DNA from: a bacterium
Lineage (GTDB): Archaea; Thermoplasmatota; E2; JACPAO01; JAHFTW01
NCBI GenBank assembly: GCA_040390065.1
Contig: JAZJZE010000009.1
Coordinates: 250,830 to 314,829, forward strand
Length of the DNA stretch: 64,000 nt
Direction of reading: 5' to 3'
Shown: positions 27,753 through 36,273 of the stretch, piece by piece
How positions within the stretch are numbered: the stretch's first letter is position 1
Layout: every line of letters begins with the position of its first letter
Made by a program: the position numbers and the translations under genes
The notes under the pieces: generated by a model
Told to the model about the DNA's origin: nothing
The model's input: only the letters and a program-made list of their open reading frames with translations
The model's database searches: none

Positions 27753-27950
27753 GCTACGCCTCGCAGGATGCTGAGGATACCTGCAGGCGGTAGATAGCCC
27801 TGCGTTAGGGGTAGGCGCCGAGCGCTCCGCAAAACGTCCCGGTCACTTGCAGCCACGGGCCCGCCGTGAATTGGTCCGCGAACGAATCGAATCCTTCGCG
27901 ATTCAATCCGCCAGCAACGGAAGGGCGGAATCGACCCGCCCCTGGCCACT

Positions 27951-27966
27951 ATCCCGTACGGAGCAC
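27951..27966 (+). repeat. attR-like copy of tRNA-Glu 3' end
   Basis: Exact 16-bp match to 24288-24303. Confidence 0.85.
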
Positions 27967-27987
27967 ATTCATTGGGCTGGCCGGGCC

Positions 27988-28488
27988 TTACGCCGTGGCC
28001 CGTGCGGGCGCCACGGTGGCGTTCGGCACTGGGGGGGTTTCTACGAGGGCGGGTGGCCGGCGTTCGACGAGGGATTCCAGGGTGATCTGGACTTCGATGT
28101 CGGTGAGGTCTTCGGAGAGGCGTTCCTTGAGGATGGTTTGCAGGTGGTTGAGGTCGCGCACGCGCATCATGACGAGGACGGGTTTAGGCCCCGTGATGAG
28201 AAGGGCCCGGGTGACGTTCGGGATGGCGGCGAGTTGTTTGGCGACGGCGGCGGAGCGTGTGAGGTCGCAGCGCGCGTATAGGATGGCAAGTGCTGGCAGG
28301 CCGGCTTGTTCGAGGTCGATGCGCGCCTCGTAGCCCCGCAGGAAGCCGCCGAGTTCGAGGGCGGTGACGCGTTCGCGCACGGTGGTCTCGGAGCGGCCGA
28401 CGGCTTGCGCAAGGTCGGTCAGGCTGATGCGAGCGTTCTTCTGCAGCAACTGAAGGATGCGGAGATTGGTCTCGTCCATGCGTGCCAT
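27988..28488 (-). CDS. Lrp/AsnC family regulator
   Basis: MDETNLRILQLLQKNARISLTDLAQAVGRSETTVRERV..LE..G. Confidence 0.92.
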   Translation of the reverse strand: MARMDETNLRILQLLQKNARISLTDLAQAVGRSETTVRERVTALELGGFLRGYEARIDLEQAGLPALAILYARCDLTRSAAVAKQLAAIPNVTRALLITGPKPVLVMMRVRDLNHLQTILKERLSEDLTDIEVQITLESLVERRPPALVETPPVPNATVAPARATA

Positions 28489-28675
28489 AGCGACGTCCAC
28501 CGTCCAACTGGACGGATAGGGATAGGCGGCGAAGCCCCTCATATACCTTGGGGCAAGGTTCCGGTTTCGGTCGATGCAAGCAACGCTGTGGCACGCCGTC
28601 GGGTGGGAAGCGGCTTCGCGTGGGTTCCCGCCGCCAAATGGGGCTGGCGGGAATCGCGCTCGTCCTCGCGTGGGC

Positions 28676-29170
28676 CTAGCCAAAGGTCGCTTCGGACGAT
28701 GGAGAGGGCGCCTGGCTGGGCTCCGCCAGGCCGGGCGGGCCTTGAGCGGGCGCTTCCGTCTCCCTCGTGGCCGGGCGTGCGGGGCGCCCCCACATGCCGG
28801 CGGGTCGGGAGCCGGGCGCGACGACGCGTTCGATGAGGTGGCCGAGGCGGCCGGCCTCTTCGGCGCGGATGCGTGCCTGCTCGAGGGCTTCTGGCCGGAT
28901 GTGCCGCTTGCTCACGAAGAAGTAGCAGGTGCGGCAGTCGCGCAGGCTCGACAGCGAATCGAGCACGCCGTGGTCCTTGAGGCGGCGCACGGCGTAGCGG
29001 ATGGTGCGCGGGGGCAGGCCGGTGGCCAGTCCGAGTTCGTTGTGGGTCAAGGGGCCGCGTTCGCGCACGGCGTCGAGGACGCGACGCGCGGAGCCGGGCA
29101 GGTTTTCCACGATGCGCGGATCGACCTGGACGGCGTCGGCCGGAAACTGCAGGAACGAGTATTCGGTCAT
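28676..29170 (-). CDS. winged-helix (MarR-like) regulator
   Basis: LPGSARRVL..GPLTHNEL..TGLPPRTIRYAVRRL..SLRDCR..Y. Confidence 0.85.
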   Translation of the reverse strand: MTEYSFLQFPADAVQVDPRIVENLPGSARRVLDAVRERGPLTHNELGLATGLPPRTIRYAVRRLKDHGVLDSLSSLRDCRTCYFFVSKRHIRPEALEQARIRAEEAGRLGHLIERVVAPGSRPAGMWGRPARPATRETEAPAQGPPGLAEPSQAPSPSSEATFG

Positions 29171-29407
29171 GCAACCTTCAATCATCGGCCACCAATGATA
29201 AGCCAAGCCCGTGGATGCCGCGGTGCGGGGGGTTTATGCGGCGCGGAATCCGCGGGATTGTCCTAGTGGACGCCTGGACCGGCATTCTCCAGGGAGAAAC
29301 GGGGTCTTTGTGCAACGCGGCGACCTGGGAGGCCTCCGCCAGGCCCATCTCAAGACAACACCGTCGTGAAAACAAGTGGGAGGAAGGGAGAAGGGTGCAA
29401 GAGTGGT

Positions 29408-30163
29408 CTAGCCGTAGTAGGTCCGGACCTCTCCTGCGAGGGCGCAGCCGCCGGAGTTCGCGACGATCTCGATGGCGTAGGCGCCATGCGACGAGAGGGG
29501 CGCTTGGATCTCGACGGTCTGGTTCTGGCCTGCCGGGAGCATGACGGTCTGTTCCTTGAGGACCGCCTTGTTGGGGTCCAGGATGCGCAGACGAATCTCG
29601 CTCGATCCGGCAAACACGACGCTTCGCAGGTCGACGTGCAGGACCATGGTGCTGGCCTTGTCACGCACCTCGACAGGCATCGCGAGCCGCGACGTCTGCG
29701 TCGCGTTCAGCGGCCCTGGCGGGGACGCGTAGAGGACTTGGCCAGCGATGGCCATCTTCTCGTCCACCTTGACCTCGAGGGAGGTCGAGTCGGACTTCTT
29801 GTTCTGCCCGTCGCTCGTGCCCGAGTCGAGCACCGTCACCGTGGCGTGGTAGTCGCCACCGCGGCCGTAGGTGTGCTTGACGTCGGCCGCTTCGCGGTCG
29901 GTCACGCTTGTCTGGTTGCCGTCGCCAAAGTCGAAGACCCAGCTGGCGATCTTGCCGTCCGGGTCGCTCGAGTCCCTGGCGTCGAAGGCGAACGAATCGG
30001 TCGTCCAGCCTTCGTTGCGGTCTGCCTTGAGGCGTGCCTGCGGCGCCTGGTTGCTGGTGCCGCCGCCGAAGCCGGAACACCCGGCCAGGACGAAACACGA
30101 CGCTAGCGCCAAGGCGAGGAACACGCCTCGCGGCGTATGGTTGCGTTCGTTGTGGGGTGCCAT
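29408..30163 (-). CDS. PKD-domain lipoprotein
   Basis: LAGC lipobox; FDARDSSDPDGKIASWVFDFGDG..HTY. Confidence 0.88.
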   Translation of the reverse strand: MAPHNERNHTPRGVFLALALASCFVLAGCSGFGGGTSNQAPQARLKADRNEGWTTDSFAFDARDSSDPDGKIASWVFDFGDGNQTSVTDREAADVKHTYGRGGDYHATVTVLDSGTSDGQNKKSDSTSLEVKVDEKMAIAGQVLYASPPGPLNATQTSRLAMPVEVRDKASTMVLHVDLRSVVFAGSSEIRLRILDPNKAVLKEQTVMLPAGQNQTVEIQAPLSSHGAYAIEIVANSGGCALAGEVRTYYG

Positions 30164-30268
30164 GAGGTCACCATCTCACACTGCGGGACCTCATGGGACT
30201 TAACCGCTGTTGCAGAATCATTGTCGTTGCCGCGGCCGCAAATTGCAGGTCTGGACGGGGGGCGGGCT

Positions 30269-31651
30269 TTACGCGCGGCGGCGTACGACGCCGACCAGCA
30301 CCGCTGCGCCGATGAGGGCGACGAATGGCAGGAGGGCCGAGTCGCCGGGCTCGCGCGCCACCGCGGCATCTCGAGACGCCTGGCTGAGACCCGTGGGCGC
30401 GGGATTGGTGCCGCCGTTGGCCGGCGCGCTGGCTTGGCCACTGACGACGGGCGACACCGCGGGCGCTGCCGTATCCGTCGCCGCACCCGGTGTGACGGTG
30501 GCACTGGATGCGGGCGGCGCGACCGGGCCAACTTGCGGCGGGGTGGCAGCGGGTTGGACCGGCGCGGCTTGCGGCGGGTTCGTTCCTGCCGGCGGGCTCG
30601 CTGGCTCAGCCGATTGGGCGGGCGCCGACGCAGCCGGCTGCGTATCGGATGGGAGGGGTGTGGACGGTTCCGCGGACGACGGCTGTGTCACGGAGGCGTC
30701 CGTGGCGGGGGGAGCCGCAGTCGCATCGCTCGGCGTGCTGGAGGGGACCTCGACGTTGGCGGGCACCGAAAGGAGCGATCCTCCGGTCTGCAAGTGGACC
30801 GCCAAGGTCGAATTTGCCAGCGTGTCAAACGTCGTGTCTGGAGCCGCGCCCAAGTTGGCCACCAATGCGGGGGCCGCCGCGGCCTCGACCAGTTGCACCG
30901 TGATCTTGTGGTGGATCGGGTCGACGTCGGAGTCGTGGTAGACGTACATGCTCGATACGTCGAGCGGGGGGGCGATGCCGCCGTTGGGCAGGACGAGCAC
31001 GTACGCGAAGGCGTCGGTCGTGTTGCCGGAGCAGTCCTGGTTCAACGGGCACGGCCGCTGCGGGAGCGTCGATGCCGCGACGGTCGTGAAGACTGGAGCG
31101 GCGTCGGCCGGACCGACGGCTGGAGGCGGCGTCCGCACGGGAGTGGACGCGCTGTCCGTCACGGGGGGCGTCGTCGGCACGGTGAGCTGGGGTGCGGTCA
31201 CCGGCGTCTGGTCCCCGGCACCCGCTTGCGAGGCATCGATGGCTGTGCCATCGTTGGCTGACATGGCTCCAGCCGCGCCGCCGTTGGCCTGCAGGAAGAC
31301 CGCGACGCCGAGAGCCAATGCCATGCCGAGCACCAGCGCCAGCGAGGCCACGGCCATGACGAGGTAGAAACGCACGCGCTGCGGCTCGAGGATCGACTTT
31401 CCGCGCGCAGAGAGATTGTAGTAGACCCAGCGGCGCTCCGGGTCGTCCATCCGCTCGATGAGACCCGACTCGGTCAGCTTCTTGAGATGCTCCGACACGG
31501 CCGGCTTGCCAAGGTTGAGGCGGACGGCCATCTCCGCACCGGTCATCCGGCGTTCCGACAAGAGGCGTAGGATCTCACGCCTGGATTCGCTCGACAGGAC
31601 CTTCAAGAGGGAGTCGTCGAGGGGGAGTTCGAGGACCTGAGGGGCGTTCAT
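30269..31651 (-). CDS. ArsR-type wHTH fused to TM, Pro/Ala/Thr-rich extracellular region and C-terminal anchor
   Basis: LKVLSSESRREILRLL..VSEHLKKL..GLI..WVYYNLSARG; TM segment; ends PGDSALLPFVALIGAAVLVGVVRRRA. Confidence 0.85.
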   Translation of the reverse strand: MNAPQVLELPLDDSLLKVLSSESRREILRLLSERRMTGAEMAVRLNLGKPAVSEHLKKLTESGLIERMDDPERRWVYYNLSARGKSILEPQRVRFYLVMAVASLALVLGMALALGVAVFLQANGGAAGAMSANDGTAIDASQAGAGDQTPVTAPQLTVPTTPPVTDSASTPVRTPPPAVGPADAAPVFTTVAASTLPQRPCPLNQDCSGNTTDAFAYVLVLPNGGIAPPLDVSSMYVYHDSDVDPIHHKITVQLVEAAAAPALVANLGAAPDTTFDTLANSTLAVHLQTGGSLLSVPANVEVPSSTPSDATAAPPATDASVTQPSSAEPSTPLPSDTQPAASAPAQSAEPASPPAGTNPPQAAPVQPAATPPQVGPVAPPASSATVTPGAATDTAAPAVSPVVSGQASAPANGGTNPAPTGLSQASRDAAVAREPGDSALLPFVALIGAAVLVGVVRRRA

Positions 31652-31903
31652 GTCAGACAGGCCATTCGTTCCGGGCCATATGAAGTTCACTCTGGTGTTC
31701 GGTCGACGCCGAACCCGTGCACGGTCCTCTGGAAATGTGGGTTTGGTGGCAACCGAACCATGGTTCGGCCTGTACAGAAAAGAACGGCCGAAGGCCTACC
31801 TCGTGGTCCGCACGATACTTAAGGCAGAGTTTGCGGCAACAGCGGCCCACGCACGCCTGTCGGCAGCCTGAAGTGGCCCCCGCCTGTGGCTGCCCGAAGC
31901 CGG

Positions 31904-33082
31904 ATGCGGGTCGCCATCTTCACCGACAGTTGGTTCCCGCGCATCGACGGTTTGACGACGAGCGTCCAGGGCTTCAAGGCCGAGTTGGAGAAGCGAGGCC
32001 ATACCTTCCATGTGTTTACGTCCGGGCCCCGCTGGGAACGAACGCACGACGTCACCCGGTACAAGGGGTTCCCGTTCTGGGGCTACCCGGATTTCTATGT
32101 CAGCCTCCGCCCCGGCCGCCACGATACGGCGCGCATCCTCAAGGAGGAGGGCTTCGACCTCGTGCATATCCAGAGCCCGTTCATGGTCGGCTGGTGGGGC
32201 TTGCGAGGGGCCCGCAAGGCCGGGCTGCCCGTCATCACGAGCTACCACACGTACATCCCCGACCTCGTGCCCTACGTCGTGCCGCCGGGCTTCCGGACCG
32301 TCTCGCAACGCATCGTCTGGCGTTGGACCGAGACCTTCTTCCGCCGCTGCGACGCGGTCCTCGTGCCGAGCAACTCGTGCGCGCGGGAACTGATCGACCA
32401 CGTGCCGCACCACAAGATCCCCAACCTCGAGATCCACCCGAACGGCGTCGACACGCGGCGCTTCAACCCCGGCGCCCGCAGCGACGCGATGCGCGCCCGC
32501 CTCGGCCCGCCCGATGCACTCATCCTGCTATCGGTCGGCCGCCTGGCGCGTGAGAAGGACGTGCCCTTCCTGCTGTCGGCCTTCGCCGAGGCACGCCGCA
32601 TCGAGCCGCGGCTGCATATTGCCGTCGGTGGGCGCGGCCCCGAACTGGAGCGCGTGCAGAAGCGCGCGGCCGAACTCGGCATCCAGCCAGCCATGACGTA
32701 CATGGGCTTCATCCCGGACGCAGAGCTTCCGGCGGCCTACGCTTCCTCGGACGCCTTTGCTTCGGCCAGCCAGTTCGAGACGCAGGGGATGACGGCCGTG
32801 GAGTCCATGGCTTGCGGGACGCCGGTTGCGGCGGTGCGCGCCCGCGGCCTTGCCGACTACGTGGGCGAGGGAGTGACAGGACACCTGTTCGAACCCGGCG
32901 ACGTCGAAGGCGCCGCGGAAGCCATCCTGAAGACGGTACGTGCCGGGGCTGCGATGCGGACGGCGGCGCGGGCTCACGCCGAGACGTTCAGCCTGGACAG
33001 CTCCGTCGACCAGTTGGAGATGTGCTACAAGCGCGTCACGGCGGCGGGTCGGCGCGACGGCCGGCTTGAACCCCGAATCTAG
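31904..33082 (+). CDS. GT4 family glycosyltransferase
   Basis: MRVAIFTDSWFPRIDG, SYHT, PNGVD, VGRLAREK, ETQGMTAVESMACG. Confidence 0.93.
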   Translation: MRVAIFTDSWFPRIDGLTTSVQGFKAELEKRGHTFHVFTSGPRWERTHDVTRYKGFPFWGYPDFYVSLRPGRHDTARILKEEGFDLVHIQSPFMVGWWGLRGARKAGLPVITSYHTYIPDLVPYVVPPGFRTVSQRIVWRWTETFFRRCDAVLVPSNSCARELIDHVPHHKIPNLEIHPNGVDTRRFNPGARSDAMRARLGPPDALILLSVGRLAREKDVPFLLSAFAEARRIEPRLHIAVGGRGPELERVQKRAAELGIQPAMTYMGFIPDAELPAAYASSDAFASASQFETQGMTAVESMACGTPVAAVRARGLADYVGEGVTGHLFEPGDVEGAAEAILKTVRAGAAMRTAARAHAETFSLDSSVDQLEMCYKRVTAAGRRDGRLEPRI

Positions 33083-33678
33083 AACTGGGCAGCGTTCTCG
33101 AGGGCCAGGCGCTCGCGGCGGGCCATGACCATGCGGCGGATGGAATAGCCCCACGATGCGGCCAGGAACGCCGCGGCGGCCGACAGGCTGACGGCGAGGG
33201 CGGTGCTGCTGTCGAAGTACTTGTAGGCCGACGTGGCGGCAAGCAGAAGGGCGCCGTACTTTGCCACGGACCCCAGGCCGACGTAGAAGACGGCCAGCCC
33301 GGGACGCCAGCCGCGCACCCGGATGAAGGCGCCGACGACGGGCAGGACTGGAACGACCCGGTTGACGAGGACGAGCTTCTCGTCGCTCACCAGCAGGGAG
33401 CCGGCGTAGCCGTCCATGAGGCGGCGCAACCAGCCCGGGAGGCGGATCATGCCGGTGAGATAGTACAGGAGCCCAGCGGTCATGACCTCGACGGCGGCGG
33501 CGATGGCGACGAGGGCCGCGCCCCAGGCCAGGGTCGGGTTCTGCAGGAAGGCGCCGAGGATGGCCAACTCGGGCAGTAGGGGGACGCCGAGTCCGTCGAG
33601 GAGGAACACGATGGCGACGGCGGCCAGCGGGTGCGCCTGCACAAGGATCCACAACGCGGATTGGCCGATTGCCGTCAC
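33079..33678 (-). CDS. membrane protein (DedA/VTT-like)
   Basis: DGLGVPLLPE, LVNRVVPVLP, multiple TM. Confidence 0.7.
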   Translation of the reverse strand: MTAIGQSALWILVQAHPLAAVAIVFLLDGLGVPLLPELAILGAFLQNPTLAWGAALVAIAAAVEVMTAGLLYYLTGMIRLPGWLRRLMDGYAGSLLVSDEKLVLVNRVVPVLPVVGAFIRVRGWRPGLAVFYVGLGSVAKYGALLLAATSAYKYFDSSTALAVSLSAAAAFLAASWGYSIRRMVMARRERLALENAAQF

Positions 33679-33770
33679 CTCCAGTCAGGCCGCACGGGCC
33701 CTTGGACCGGTTTCGAGACTCGGCCCGTCCTATAAACCTGCCCCTAAACCCGCCGCTTGCGGCAACACGG

Positions 33771-34598
33771 TTAGCCGCTTGTGGGGGGCTCGGGCCATGC
33801 CTTCGAGGCCAGGCGGACCACGACGGCAGCCAGCAAGAGCCCGGCCAGCACATCCACGAGCCAATGGATGCCGAGGTACATGGTGGAGAAGACGATGGCT
33901 GCGGCGAGGGCGACCATGGTGACGCGGAAGGCCCGCGGCATCGGCCCCTGCCAGACGAGCGCCGCCAATGCCGTCGAGATGGCGGTGTGCAGGCTGGGGA
34001 AGCAGTTGTTGACGTCGTTGAAGGAGTAGAGATGCTGCCGCACGAGGGGATACGAGTTGACGATGTTCTCGACGTGGGCGTTGTGCACCCAGACCTCGTC
34101 GACGGGGACGAAGAGATAGAACGGCAGCGCGGCGAGGAAGCACATGGCATAAGCCGCGAGGCTGCGCCGGGCGAGCCGGCCCTGGTCCATCCAGACGGGC
34201 AACACGATGCACGCGACGATGACGAAGGGGTAGCCCGCCACGTACACCGTCGTCAGGACTGGGCGCAGCCACCCCCAGGAAAGATGCGACTGGAGCGCTT
34301 CGTGGAATCCACCCTCCAGGCCGGAGAGAAATGTCGTCGGGCCGGTCTGGACGGCCGCGGGCAGGTGCGCCGTCACCCACGGGTCAAGCTGCGATTCCAC
34401 GACTTCGGGAATGAGCATGAGGAGCAGGCCGGCAATGACGAGGCCGTGCCGCGACAGGAGCCGCCCCCAGTATGCGAGCGTCCAGAGGCGCCGGTCGTGG
34501 GGAAGGAAGACCGCTGCGCCGCCGATGGCGGAGGCGGGTAGGGCGACGAGCACGAGCAGGCCGACCGTCTGGAGCGCCCCGGCCAAGCCGTCAGCCAT
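33771..34598 (-). CDS. PAP2-superfamily membrane phosphoesterase (IPC synthase/AUR1-like)
   Basis: NCFPSLH and STMYLGIHWLVD motifs. Confidence 0.88.
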   Translation of the reverse strand: MADGLAGALQTVGLLVLVALPASAIGGAAVFLPHDRRLWTLAYWGRLLSRHGLVIAGLLLMLIPEVVESQLDPWVTAHLPAAVQTGPTTFLSGLEGGFHEALQSHLSWGWLRPVLTTVYVAGYPFVIVACIVLPVWMDQGRLARRSLAAYAMCFLAALPFYLFVPVDEVWVHNAHVENIVNSYPLVRQHLYSFNDVNNCFPSLHTAISTALAALVWQGPMPRAFRVTMVALAAAIVFSTMYLGIHWLVDVLAGLLLAAVVVRLASKAWPEPPTSG

Positions 34599-34696
34599 GG
34601 CGCGCCCCCATCACGGCCGAGCCACCGGCGTCCACATGACAAAAGGGTTCGGGTCCGCGGCGCAAGTCTCAAGCCCGTGGGGCATCTCGCGCGCCA

Positions 34697-36199
34697 ATGC
34701 GCCCAATCCCTCTGTTTCTCTCCGGTCTGCTGGTGGCCGTCGTCCTCGCGGGATGCACCGAATCGTCGACGCCGCCGACCTCCGGCCCGACGGCGCCAGC
34801 GGACACAATCGCGACGCTGCCCGGGTTCACGCCGCTGGCGCGCAGCCTCCTGCCGACGTTCGCGGCGCCGACCCTCATCGACGATGTGCGGGCTGGCGGC
34901 GAACCCGTCATCGCGGTCACGCACAAGGGCACCATCCTCGTCGGCTCGCATCCTGGCTTCACGCACTACCACCCCGGATCGGACCCCGCGGCGGTCACCG
35001 ACCTCGTCGGTCCCTTCGGCGGCCAGTCGTACATCTTCCGCAGCACGGACAACGGCACGACCTGGCAGCCCATCGGTGCTCCGATGGGAATGGGCATGGG
35101 CCCCCGCGGCGCCGGCTTCGGCGTGTCCGACCCGGAGTTCACCGTCATGGAAGACGGCACCATCTGCTTCACCGACCTCGAAGCGCTCGCCGCCGCGAGC
35201 ACGTCGTGCAGCATCGACGACGGCCAGACATGGCTCACGGCGAATCCCGCGTCGTCGGGCGGGCCCGTCGACCGGCAGTGGCTGTCGTCGTACAAGGACG
35301 AATTCTACTTCACCGGCTCCGGCGCCAAGTTCCGCGCCAGCAAGGACCGGGGCGTCACCTGGGAGGACCGCGGCGACGAGGCATGCGGCTCCGATGTCGT
35401 CGCCAACCCGGCCAACGGGCACCTCTACCAATCCTGCGACGGTTACGCGATGGCGGTGTCGACGGACGGCGGCCGCTTGTGGAGCAGGCCCCTCGGCCCG
35501 AAGGACGCGCAAGGCTCCGGCCTGGCCCTCAACGAGCCAGCGGTCGACTCCGCCGGCAACGTCTGGCTCGCGTGGGCAGACAACGAGAAGACATTGCACC
35601 TGGCCGGGACCCCGGATGAGGGATCCACTTGGCCGTGGGAGCTCGACTTGACGCCGCACTTCCGGCTGTTCTCGGCGACGGCGAGCCACGCCGCAAGCGG
35701 CCTTGCCGGGCCATCGTTCTCCGGCAACATGACAGCGTACCCCGCGACCAACGGCACCTACGTCTGGCCCTGGGTCTCCGCCGGCTCCGCGGGCCGCCTC
35801 TCGGTGACCTGGATTGGCGCCTACGAGGAACAGCCCAGCGAATCGAACGATGGCCCTTGGTACACCTTCACCGCGTTCGTCATCAACGCGACGTCGCCCC
35901 ACCCCACAGTGGTCGTGTCGCAGTTGACTCCCACGCCAATGCACGACGGCCCCATCTGCCAAGGCGGCACCGGGTGCGAGGTGGGTTCCGTGCAGGGCGA
36001 GGCGGGCAGTGACCGGCGGCTGGGCGACTTCTTCGAGACGACCGTCGAACCCGGCACGGGATACCTGCTTGCGACGTGGTCGAACACCGCAGCGCACCCG
36101 AGCGACGTGATCGGCCACCCGCAGTTCGTCCGCCAGACGGGGGGCATCCGCCTCATCGCCGACGACGAGTTGGCACGCTTCCGGCCGACCCAAGGCTGA
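34697..36199 (+). CDS. sialidase-like/BNR-repeat lipoprotein
   Basis: LAGC lipobox; Asp-boxes STDNGTTW, SIDDGQTW, SKDRGVTW, STDGGRLW; DRQW; LGDFFE. Confidence 0.85.
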   Translation: MRPIPLFLSGLLVAVVLAGCTESSTPPTSGPTAPADTIATLPGFTPLARSLLPTFAAPTLIDDVRAGGEPVIAVTHKGTILVGSHPGFTHYHPGSDPAAVTDLVGPFGGQSYIFRSTDNGTTWQPIGAPMGMGMGPRGAGFGVSDPEFTVMEDGTICFTDLEALAAASTSCSIDDGQTWLTANPASSGGPVDRQWLSSYKDEFYFTGSGAKFRASKDRGVTWEDRGDEACGSDVVANPANGHLYQSCDGYAMAVSTDGGRLWSRPLGPKDAQGSGLALNEPAVDSAGNVWLAWADNEKTLHLAGTPDEGSTWPWELDLTPHFRLFSATASHAASGLAGPSFSGNMTAYPATNGTYVWPWVSAGSAGRLSVTWIGAYEEQPSESNDGPWYTFTAFVINATSPHPTVVVSQLTPTPMHDGPICQGGTGCEVGSVQGEAGSDRRLGDFFETTVEPGTGYLLATWSNTAAHPSDVIGHPQFVRQTGGIRLIADDELARFRPTQG

Positions 36200-36273
36200 C
36201 GCCGGCAGGGGCGAACGGTATCTGCCAAACCATCCGCGACGGTCTAAAAGGCCGGGCCGGCTACTCATGTGAC

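Larger units (their letters stand above)
24288..27966. mobile_element. tRNA-Glu-integrated island (no integrase)
   Basis: ATCCCGTACGGAGCAC at 24288-24303 repeated exactly at 27951-27966. Confidence 0.7.
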
